Below, one piece after another: positions 1 through 10,800 of a DNA stretch of 64,000 nucleotides (position 1 is the stretch's first letter; every line of letters begins with the position of its first letter). Where the stretch lies: the NCBI GenBank assembly GCA_000708835.1, contig DF237025.1:1-64000 (forward strand). The letters run 5' to 3'. Made by a program: the position numbers and the translations under genes. The DNA comes from Klebsormidium nitens (lineage: Eukaryota; Plantae; Klebsormidiophyceae). A model generated the notes under the pieces. The model was not told where the DNA came from and ran no database searches. It saw only the letters and a program-made list of their open reading frames with translations.

Positions 1-779
1 AAGCTGGTGTCCAAGCTGATAGTTCACGCATATATGGATTCAATCAATCAGGATCGACGTTTTGCGAAATAGCCCTCACAAAAGATCCAGAGCTAGAGAT
101 GGAAGACGTTTTCATGACGCCGTACTAAGTTTGTTGGCCCTTCCCGGCTCCCTTGCGGCCAGATATACGAGTATGCAGACTCAGCGCCGTCTGAGTCAAG
201 ACCGTCACTGTTTGCTGCTTGATCATCGATAGGTGCGTGTACCTTGATCAGAGCAACGACGATGCCGCGAAATTCCTTCAATTGCTGCTTCTTGGCCATG
301 TCGCACATTAACCAACAACAGACTCGATGCAAGGCATTGAGCCAAGACTACACATATGACAGAGTCGCATAACCGGAGTAGAAGCATCTACTTCCAATGC
401 AACAAGAAGAGTGCACCACCATGTGCCTTCCGTTCTGGCCCTCTTTTTGAACGCCTCCGGGTTGGACGCCGTTTATGGCCTGGTGACGTTAAGTTGCACT
501 GCCGAGCAGCCCCAAAACAGAGAATACAGCATGCGCGGCGCCGGAGCACAAGCACCAAATGGTTTACTCTTTGTAAGCGTGAGCCCGCGCGTCAAGGGTC
601 GCTTGCCATGATGTGTCGGATGTTAATCCTTTCATGCGTGCCTCACGTAACATATGATTCTTGTGCAGCAAGCTGGAATTAATACAACGATTTCCTCTGT
701 GATGCAAAGTGATTCGCTTGTAGACCAAACCGCCGAAGTGCTGCACATACTGCAAAAAGACCCCGTACTTGATTTTAGG

Positions 780-1696
780 AAACTCGGAATATATGCCTAA
801 TGTCTGGAAGAGCTACCGTACCTAGTGGAGCTCTTCAAGAGCCCGGAAGGTTCCCAACATGGACTCGATTTGACAAAAACCCGGGTTTCTGGTTTGCTTT
901 CAGTTTTCAATCCGCTGGCGTTGTCAACATTTGTTTCAACCTTGGAAAGGGTTGCCTGAACCAATCAATTATAGTAGCTGTAAGAAACGCTCGAACCAGG
1001 GCCAAGCGCTGGATGGCTACACGGTTCCTTTCTGGCTTTCAATTCAATACCTCGTTCCTTTGCTGCTGCGAGCATGATGTGAACTCCAGGGTCTACGTCA
1101 TCATCCCGTTCGTGTTGAAGGCAATTCAAAAGTACGATACTGAAAAGCGCTTTAAGCCGTACCAAAGCTGTCCAAAACTTCCCTTTTTCCCTCTGAAACG
1201 ACTCTTCCCTCACAAGAATCTCAAAATTGTTTGATCCCGACATAATCTGCATCCAAGACAATTTCAACATCGGAGACTCGTCCCTGTGCTCTCATAAAAT
1301 GAGAAATAGTCTAGCTCCAGTTTTGCAAAGCCTTCGATCCTGGTAAAGCCTTGCTCGAAGGTCCTCTCTTCGGTCATGACCATCGAAAGGCACACAGAGT
1401 AGATTCTTCAAGGCCTTCAAATTTATTTTGAAGAATGCCTTCTCGTCGAAAGAGCAAGTCGGCTGGCTGCAAAGTAGATCAACCGCTTGATGTTGCATTT
1501 TTGCCGTTGTGAACTAATTTGAGCCAACTCCGAGAGCACCCGAGAGGACGTTGATCGACTTCGAGAGCCCAAACAAGCTCGTTTTGGTTACAGCATAGAT
1601 TGTTTCAGTTGATGCTTGGAGTGTGACTTCATGTGGCGCCTCCAAAAAGAAGTTGGGAAAGGTTTTTGCAAATCCGCGGAAGGAGACAGCAGGATT
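780..1696 (-). pseudogene. Possible decayed intronless ORF remnant, identity unknown
   Basis: ORFs 1292-1498 and 965-1270 and their flanks lie in one minus frame. I count about 4 stops over ~300 codons, fewer than random expectation. No recognisable motif. Confidence 0.3.
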
Positions 1697-1778
1697 TCAG
1701 AGTGGGTCAATTCCTCGGTCATGTTGTGGAAAGTTCCGTGGTGGACTCCTCGTCATGCTTCTATGCAGGGGGAGCTTT

Positions 1779-2066
1779 ACTGGCCGGGCCAGCAAATGAG
1801 CTCGACCAACGTGGTCCGCGACCCAGAGGTCCTTCGCACGTACGAGCAGAGCCTCGTCGAACACGAGAGCAACCACGGCCTTAAACACGCCCAGCTCGTC
1901 AAAAGCGCCCCCCCCCAAGAAGACCTAGATCCGCCCCGAGCTCGTATTGGCGGATCTTGAAGGCCGGGAGGACTCTAGACCTTGCGGGAGAGTGCAGCGG
2001 TGGCATGGGGACGAGAGCAGCGAGAGCGCGCGGCAGCGACAGCGAACCCGAGGACCGACAGCCTGC
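1779..2066 (+). other. Orphan exon-like segment (GELYWPGQQ...), frame broken at a C9 run
   Basis: ctatgcag acceptor-like site before ~1779, strong C/G third-position bias, and a gtaagt donor at 2067. The frame is open to the donor only if the C run near 1906-1914 carries an indel. Confidence 0.25.
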
Positions 2067-3714
2067 GTAAGTACTCCGCTACTTTTCAGTGCAGCTTAAT
2101 GCCACTTACGACTAGGTTCCGGATCGGCCTTTATTGTGGTGTATTACGTTAATTTAATCTTTGGGCTCCCCTTATTGGCCAGAGCGTGCCACCGGACCAC
2201 ACCAGTTGGGGACCGGTCGTCCACGTTTGAATGATTCACTTCGGCCCGCTTTGATTCGTTCTGATCCAGGCCTATTGCGAGCTTGGGTACGAAGTTCGGT
2301 GGAGCGTGCTGATCTAAGTTTGAATCATACGTCGACTTGGCCCAATCGACCCGGATCTGCAGACGTAAATTCTGGGTGTGGTCGCTAGAACCAATCCACA
2401 AAAGCGCGCAATTGATTGTTTCGTCTGTTTCAACACAAATCTGGGCGCGTATACGATCCCAAACCTGGTTTGATACTCAAAAATATTCCTTCTTTCGAAG
2501 CCTTTTCAGCGGCCAATAACCCAAACGGCGGAGTCTTTCGAGGCTCTTTCCTTTCCCTAATGAACGAGCTTGCCAAGTTCTGCTCTTGACCGGCAGGATG
2601 AGTGGTCAATCACTGACCCGCCAGTGCAAGCAGAGGGACTACTTCGGATGGCCTCCGGTTGAGTATTAGGGTCGGTTTACATTGCAAAGTTTGCACGCCA
2701 TGAGACCGGTTCTGCTTGAGGATGTTAAGTTCTGGATAGCTCGAGAAAGATTATGTTTCGGCTTGTGCAGCTTTGAGCAGTCCGGTTACCATCAGGTTTG
2801 AGTCCGGGCAGAGGCTACCGTTTGACAAACCTCTCATGTGCACATTTAGCACGCCAGCTTGGTTAGGCGACTGATACTTTGACACTCACATGGTACTTCG
2901 TTCTGACGACATGCATGCTGGACAACTCTCGCACAGCTTTCAAGGTAATTTGGATGAGCACAATCCTTGAAGCATATCACCGTATATTTATGCATCCGAT
3001 TGGCTGTGTGGGCATGAGTCGAACCGCATATATGCATATCGGTCCCAGCAAGCCAGAGAAGTTGGTGCATGGGTTCCGTAAAACTTCTGCATGGAATCCA
3101 TGGTTTCTAGACGTCTCGAATCTGTACGAAGGTCGAACGGATTCTGAATGCACAGAAATCAAGCCTTTTCTGCATGGATTCCATCTCAATTTTCGGCATG
3201 CAGTACAGAAGCGAGACGCCCTGATTTCGAATGGAAGCTGTACGAGAGTTTTGCCGGAATCCAATTGCTTGAGTTTCATTCGAACTGCGCATGGAAACGA
3301 GGGGGGGGCTGATTTGTGATGACACTGAGTCTTGATTGTCTTGCAAGATGCCATGGCGTGTCCGGTTGATTGGATCTAGCTGGACGCACATATTGTACTG
3401 ATCTACATCTGCATCACGACTAGCTTGTCACGTACCAAATTATCGCATGGTTACGCGGCCACTCGCGCTCACCAAGCTTTCAATACAAGACACGTACCAC
3501 AACTTGAAAAATCCTTATGTTGGCGCAAAGTGGCGCAAACTTTATTGACATGCGGCCTCCCATAAGGAGAGGTCGCCTGTCACCCCACACACCTATCTAC
3601 AATTAGCACGACTGCAACGATCGGACCGGACCCTACGGAATGCTCACACATCAGTTTCTTTCGGATTAGCAGGTCTGCATTGTTCCCGGCTTCAAACTTG
3701 CTTCACTGAGGACC

Positions 3715-3963
3715 CTAACAGAAACTGCGGCAGACTTTGCACCAGTTTGCGGTGCAGGTTCCACACTTGCACTGGTCGCCGATGCCGACGCAGCAAACAA
3801 GGATGTCGCATTTGGGGCTGAGGCAGCCAGCCCATTCTGGGCCATAGCCACATTCCGCCGGGTCACCATAGAGGCTCGTGTTTGTCGGCGGCGCAGGCGC
3901 TGGATACGAAGAAACGGATACAGCGCTCATTTGACAAGCATCGGGACCACAGCTTAATCCTAG
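3715..3963 (-). CDS. Terminal exon of a small cysteine-rich, probably secreted peptide; first exon not located
   Basis: Frame LSCGPDACQMSAVSVSSYPAPAPPTNTSLYGDPAECGYGPEWAGCLSPKCDILVCCVGIGDQCKCGTCTANWCKVCRSFC*: Pro-rich spacer then a dense Cys cluster. Candidate AG acceptors at 3965-3964 and 3961-3960. Confidence 0.45.
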   Translation of the reverse strand, partial: LGLSCGPDACQMSAVSVSSYPAPAPPTNTSLYGDPAECGYGPEWAGCLSPKCDILVCCVGIGDQCKCGTCTANWCKVCRSFC

Positions 3964-4082
3964 CTGATGCGGTTTAATTGAAGAGGGGCTGTGTGCCGGG
4001 GCTGTGTGCCATGTCTACATCAGATCGTGATGACCGTTTGATTAACGAGAACAGCAAAATGGGTCGCTTAACAACCAATCAA

Positions 4083-4114
4083 CAACCCCTGCAAGATGCA
4101 CTTTGCAGGGGTTG
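4083..4114. repeat. Perfect 12-bp inverted repeat with 8-nt loop
   Basis: caacccctgcaa-gatgcact-ttgcaggggttg. Confidence 0.9.
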
Positions 4115-4612
4115 AGCAGTTTGAATTTGCCAATGCACACGGATCAGTGATCCGATACAGCAGTAGTCGACTCGTGCTGCCGGTAATTAGTTGGACGAAC
4201 TTGCTACATTGAGACTTGCTGCTACAAAATCAAGGTGCAATCGCGAGCCGCTCGAGAGAATGCCCACAGTCCGATTTCTCTGCCGTTAAGCTGAAGTTTT
4301 AGAGGATCAGCTGTCCCTCAGCTGTCCCGAATCGGAAAAGAAGTGAGTGATCTTCTCACTGAATCTCGATTCGGCTATTGGGCATAGTTCGGTCGTAAGA
4401 TCAAGTTTCTAAGAATCCTCTGAAAGACTCGGAAAGCTGACAGTCAAAATCCATTCTGAATGGATAAATCAACGAATAACAACGTAAGGATCAGCAAACT
4501 CACACATTAACGAGAGTTTTAGGGGACAGGTACCCAGCTAAGACAGTCAACCATGCGGCCAAGCCCCTGAGATACTGAAGTCGCGGGGGCGAGCAGCTCA
4601 AGCGCTTCTGCC

Positions 4613-7600
4613 TTAAATAGAGGGGAAAGTGACCACCCAAGGTGAAAAGAATGGCAGGTCACCTGCTGCGCATTGTCCTTCTGTGGGAGGCGAGAGGTGG
4701 ATGTCCTCCGCGTCGTTGTACTGCAGAAACCCGGTAAGTGTGGAGAGCCCTTCCGAGATCCAGCTGGCCGTCACGAACAGGTTGCCGTCGGGTTCCCCAG
4801 AGACGGCACCGCCGCAACCGCTGCAGTTTGCCCCACAGCCCGTGCCCACGTAATGTGGGCTGCCGAGGTACTGGAATTCCGCCCCGCACTGAAGGAGAGC
4901 CAAAGTGAAAGAACCTTCACAGGCGCGGCTCTTCAGCCGGAGGCCGTTCTTGGAGTTCACGTATCGCAACCCGGGGGGCGATGCGGGTGATTCCGTGTTG
5001 ACGGGCGTCGGGATCTCGGATTCGGCTGGTGGTGGGGCCGCTGGAGGAATCGCTTCGCATCTGGACAAAATTAGGTGAGAAACGGCTGAGCGTGGTCGAT
5101 TGTGACCGCAGCCTTGCTAGCATTTACTAGAAGCGGCCTAGGCACGAAAAGCTCTTTCTTGGCCTCTTGTTCGTCTGCGTACTCGACGTGAAACCGGACG
5201 CAAATGCCTCTTGACCGCCTTTCCAACAATAGGGGGTTTGCGTGAAGGGCCTCTTTGAGAAGCAACACGGTCAGCTTGAAAATTCAGGCCATTAGATGCT
5301 GGCATCCCTAATGTTGTTCTTCGACTGAGCCCATATCGCTGATATCACCAAGCAATTTCTATCCATGACATTGGAGGCCTACACAGCCAGAGTCTCCAAT
5401 TATTCAAGTTATCAAAGCTCTTAGGAAGCTAGAGCCATGCCAGGTTGGCAGAAACATTTCAAGGTAAATTTGGCACTTCAAGTTCGCGGCCAGATTAAGA
5501 GTTCGCGGCCAGACTTACGGGTTTGGGCTCGGGTTTACCCCTCCATGACCACAGGATCGAGTGGCGTAATCGAGGGAGGCAGTTTGTGCGACATTGTATG
5601 CATCCAAGGATATTAGGTCACTCCTGTACAAAGAAAAAAGAGTCGGTTCAGCATGGGCCGACCAGTGGTTGAGAGGGCGGCTCGTTGGAGCAATTACGCG
5701 CAAGGAGCTAGAGAGCTAATTAGTACTCCTCAACGACCAAGTGCACTTCTTGACGGGGTGTAGACTGCAGATTATTGAGATTATGGCAAGATCATCTCCG
5801 CAGGTCCGTATCATGTTCATTGATGTTGATCTATTTTGATTTGGATGTTTGGTCGATGTGTCCCCCAAAGTCAAAACAGCTTAGCACGAAACTTAAGGAG
5901 GCAGGATAATTGTTCCCCGAGCCTAAAAAGATAGTTACAGGAGTCTCACAACAGTCACGCTAGTCTGAATCTCTTCATGTGCTGCAGTGACTACCCTGAG
6001 AGCGTTGGAAAAGATCTCGAAGTGTCGAAGCTGTGGGAACTCACTTGAAAAAGAGTCGCATCACACGGGCGGCATAGATGCAACGCTTCTGCAGGGTCTA
6101 AAGGGAGAGGTCAATGGACGCGAGGTCGTCAGGGAGCTCCAAGCAGGCGTTGAGTGAGCGGAAGTAGAGCTCGTCGTCGCAATCGCTTTTGGGGCGCCCT
6201 GGTGTGCCATAGCAGATGTCGTGCAGGTCGCACAAGGGCGAAAACAGGGTCGCGACCTCCTCGGACTTCCCAAGGATCTCAATTACTGCCGGCACCAGCG
6301 CCTCTGTAAAAGGGAGCATAACATGACGATCGTTACTGCAAGGATTTCATCCGATCAAACTGTCTTTTGTGCCGGCCTTGATTGCCACTCTTTATGCCAG
6401 CGGCAATCATATTAGTGGCCAAAGATCCAGCACAGGTACCACGAGTAACATACAACTTGAGGGCAACTTAGGTAAATTTTTGCACCTTCAAAACGATCAG
6501 ACGAGGCGCCAATCCTTCCATTGCGAGCCATATATACACGTCATCGTAAGATCAAGACGTGTTCTGCGAGATACATTGCCTGTCTCGAAGCTGCAGTCTT
6601 TCCGACCCTCGCAACATATAGAAGTGAGCTGCTAAGCTTACAACGGTAGATTCAAGAAGGTGATACACAATGTTCATTACATGAAAGCACTTACCGTTCG
6701 CTTTGTCTCCGCAGCCGTTAGGATCGTCTGGAAACGCCGGACATCTGGCAGAGTCAAAGTACCGGCAACAAAGACGACCACAGATCTCGTTTCCGTCCAC
6801 CGTGTATGGGCACCGCTTGGAACAGGGGTCGTCGTTCACTGCACCAAAATAGGCAGTCAGATATTGGCAAAAGTCGGTTCTGTCTTCTGAAAGACGAAGG
6901 CAACCCAAGATGAGAAGCTTTCACGACTCTCGTGCTCCCGGCGTTTCAGAGATCCGCAGAATCTGTCATAAAGGAAATTGATTCTTAATTAGAACCGCTC
7001 ACTCATTCTGCAGAGCTTTGACAAGAGCAGCTCCTCTGACCCATTCAAGCAGAAGTGAGATGCATGCAGCGGGGAAAGTACTGCCGAGCGCCCCCACAAG
7101 CTTGTCCACCTTTCTCGTGTGCAATTACTCCTTGCAGGACATCTGAGACAAGCAGCGGCTGTGTAGTGAAAGAGTCAGTCTGGTTAGGAAAAATGATGTA
7201 ATTAGAAACATAAAAGCCGGGCCGGGTGCCCAGGGGTTCGCATCGTACCTTCAGAAATGGGGAAGGGAAGAGGGGGAACCTCAGGGAGGCTGATTCCATC
7301 CCATACATAAAGCTTGAGTCCTGTTATAAGTACTGGCTTGATAAAATAGATGTCAAGATTCACTGCGAGATCGTCCAGGACCACCTCCTGGACGACGGTC
7401 AAGGCTTGAAGGGCGGCGCTGCCAAGCTTTTCGAAGAAGAGGTCGATCGACGCGATGATGCTGCCACTCCGGATACTCTCGAATGTGACCTAGCATACAA
7501 ACGGCAACGTTAAGGTCAATACACAAATGCTTGGAGAACGGCGCTGGCAAACGCGAAACGTTGCACCAGCGAAGACGATTCGAAAACTTGACGCTTTCGA

Positions 7601-8940
7601 CTGGTTCCAGTCGCTTATCTCGAAATACAAGCTGGCATTGCAAGAGTACAAGCGAGAATGAGGAAGTAGTATTCCTAAGGTCATCATTGGTGAGGACATC
7701 CCCGGGTATACCATGCTTCAATAATGAGGCCCAGAAAACACAAGCCTTTCCTATTAAGCCTGTCTCTCGAACTTACCGCTAATATGTCGGGCGAAGCACT
7801 TTTGAGGGTATCAATAAGTATCGCTTGCAGCGTGCTGTTGAAATCGGGTGATTCTATGCCTTCAAGAGTGATGACCAGGTTCACAGCAGCCAGATCTGCA
7901 ACAAAGCATTTGAGAACCTTTTGGAGCCTTATGCAGGTTGACCTGAAGGTCAGTGCGTCTGTTGACACTCGCGATGCGAGTATCGAGGAATACCTCGGCA
8001 TGAGGTGCAACAGCATACACAGGCGACTAGTAGTGCAAAATTCAGACTTAAGGATTGCTGGCGGCAACCGGAAAGTATCAACAAGGAGCCCACCTCCTCG
8101 TGGCTGGCCGTCAATGGATGGAGGCACAGGAGCACACGTCGGGTTGCCCTGGTCATTCCCTCCGCACTGCCCCGCACAGCACACGGAGCTGGTGCCAGAA
8201 GCGTCGTAGCACTGGTTTGGTGCGTAGCCATTTGGGTCGCAGTGGAGTGAAGTAGCCCGTGCTGGCTGGGAGGAAGTTGAAGTAGCGCAAAGAGGGACAG
8301 GGCCCGTGCTGGAGGGACAGCTCTCGGGCCCACAGCAAATGTATGCGCTGCCGTCCGCATTGTAGCACGCGTTCGGGTGGTCGCTGGATGGGTCACAGCC
8401 TGAAAGCACAATCGAAGCCAGAGTCACTGGCAGTGGTACTAATCGACTGACTCCGTAACTTCTTCAGGCAGGTTCTGGGTGCTTTCGGGCAGTGATGCCA
8501 GGATTCAATATAGCAATTCAAGTTGCATGCATGATTCTCGTTTGCTGGGGGCTGAAATAGAGAGGGAAGTTGGATCATTGCATTGGATTGAGAACAAAAG
8601 GTGATGTTGGGCAGACTCAACGTTTCTTACTAAATGCGGAAAGCTTTGCTCATTTTGCAGAACACTAGATCAAAGCTCTCTCTACAAGCTGCCTTCCTTA
8701 ATTCAATTATCCGCAGCTTGCAACCTATGCAGATGTCCACCTTATGTACCCCACTGCAACCTAAGCACTGAGTCAACTTAAAGGCAAATTTAGGCAGACC
8801 TATGGCAAGAAAGACACGCCTAAGACACGAACATACTGGAGTCACTCGGAGACGTCAACGAACTCACCTTGACCGAGGGCGAAAGCAATGCATGTCGCAA
8901 AACCAATGACGAGCAACAGGGACGTCGAGGCTGGTGCCAT
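4613..8940 (-). CDS. Secreted multidomain protein: signal peptide, 2 Cys-rich repeats, SEA-like module, group XII-like phospholipase A2 domain, Pro-rich linker, C-terminal Cys-containing domain. One in-frame TAG (possible pseudogene).
   Basis: Eight phase-consistent GT-AG exons: 8940-8868, 8399-8094, 7895-7777, 7489-7249, 6886-6695, 6303-6045, 5623-5519, 5060-4613 (1743 nt = 581 codons). N-terminus MAPASTSLLLVIGFATCIAFALGQ. PLA2 motifs DPNGCG, CDLHDICY, KSDCDDE, AYNVAQ. TAG at 6100-6098. Confidence 0.75.
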
Positions 8941-10800
8941 CGTGCGCTGGCCTCCCCACTGAAGCCCCTCGTTGCTGCAGCCTAGGGTGACTGGCTGATT
9001 GGCCAATCAGCTAGCACTAGTGGTATGCGGCAGGTCAGAGTGGTAGGAGTGAGGAGATGAATCGAAGAAATGAAGAGTGCAACGAGTTCGACAGTGGAAA
9101 GCTATAAGCTCTGGATTACGGACGACAAGCTTGAGATTCCTGAGGTTCGAGATTCGTGCAACACTTGACGCGGTTTGTGATCTGGCGTTTGCATTCCACA
9201 GCCTCTGTATAATGCTCGACTCAGACGTCGTCCACTGACCGCCCTCTGAACGTGGAGAGACTTGCGAACCAGATCAAATAATCGAAGTGCGTGCCCGTAC
9301 TTCTCGACGGGCCAGTTTGCAGTCATGGTGACGGTATATGGTATTGCTTCTGGTCAAGTCACGAAACAGAACGAAGCTCTGGTTTGCAGTCGGATAACGT
9401 GTGTACGGATTTATCGAGCGAGCCCCTTTTCACTGCCTTGCTGTTCTGCTGAGACAATATTACCTAGCAGAAATTTCACCACATGTCGACACGACTACGA
9501 CGGACACAATGAAGTCATACGTTCTGTGAAATCTGACAACCTTGAGAAACTCACAGAGATGATCAGTCACTGCTCAGTGCTCAGTAATAGCAACTTGAAG
9601 GTGCGGGGCAAAATGTAGTGCGGCCGTGCATCCGGCCTTTAGTGCAAGCACAGTGACGCACAGTGATCGGACGGGCTATAAGAGAAGTGTCCATCGGACG
9701 GTCTAGTGCAGGGCACAGACCACGTGCATGGCGACACAACTGGATACGACAAATACCGGTACTGCCTTCGGTGATCCGGATTCCGCATCCCAATCATGTC
9801 AGAGCTGCATCCCACCCAGTGTTAGTATGTTTGGGGGTCCAGCGTGTCCAGACTCCAGACTCCACCAACCAGCCCCTGCATGGTACATGGACGCCCGATC
9901 GCCGCCCCGGTCGAACCCCCGGGAGCTAGGAGGTCGCCATGGTGCCACGGTCCAGTCCGGACGGATGGCCCGCAAATTGCCCTCTAGTTTAAAACTATTG
10001 GACGGTCTGGCATGTGCAGTCGGAGACGCCGGCCGCATTAAACATCCATGGGACGGTTTTGATTGACAAAGTTTTGTGTGCGCTTTTTCGGTTGTCATAT
10101 ATGCAATGGCTTCCGCCAGGTTCCGACACTGACTCGATCGATAGCCTTTTCCTCTCGGCACCGTTACATCTCACATGCAAGGCCTCCTCTGGACTGTTAA
10201 TTTTGGGTGTGCTCAAGTTTCCAAAGCAGGAACTGGTTTCTGAAGTTCCGGTGGTTTGCGAAAGCCTAATTAAAAAGCAGCAAAAAGTGCACATCGTGGC
10301 TGGGTTAGCTGCAAATAGTGGGTTTAGCAAAAAGCAGGATATAAATATGGCATAAGACTTACCAGGCTTGATGGTGCGCTCAGCTATATCCTTATGAAAT
10401 TGCGCGTTAAGCAGCCACAACCCACTGGAATGACCAAACGCTAGCCGCCTCCGAGCAGAATTGAGGCTTGGAATTAAGAAAGCATAAGAAGATTTTGTGG
10501 ATACACCGCATCTTGTATCCAAGCTCATGCGCGCAGCCATAGCCGTATACAAGCCGCAATTATAAGAATTACAACCTTCTGTAACATAGCGTCACTAAAG
10601 TGCCAATGCCAATCGATGATGGAACTGACACCCGCCCTCCAGCGGCAGTATCTGCGGATTGACGCAGACCTTGTCAACCCTAAAGAGACCTAAAAAGTTT
10701 ATGAAAATGAACCCGCAGGTCGGCCGGCCAAAAGGAATATGCCTCGTGTTCAAGCAGGGCGTGGCATGCATAAGACCAACTATACGTTGCCTAGCTGCTT

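Noticed and set aside
2879-3391. Overlapping ORFs and a repeated ttctgcatgga(a/t)tccat word
   Set aside because: No homology signal or terminal repeats that I could define; possibly a TE relic but unsupported.
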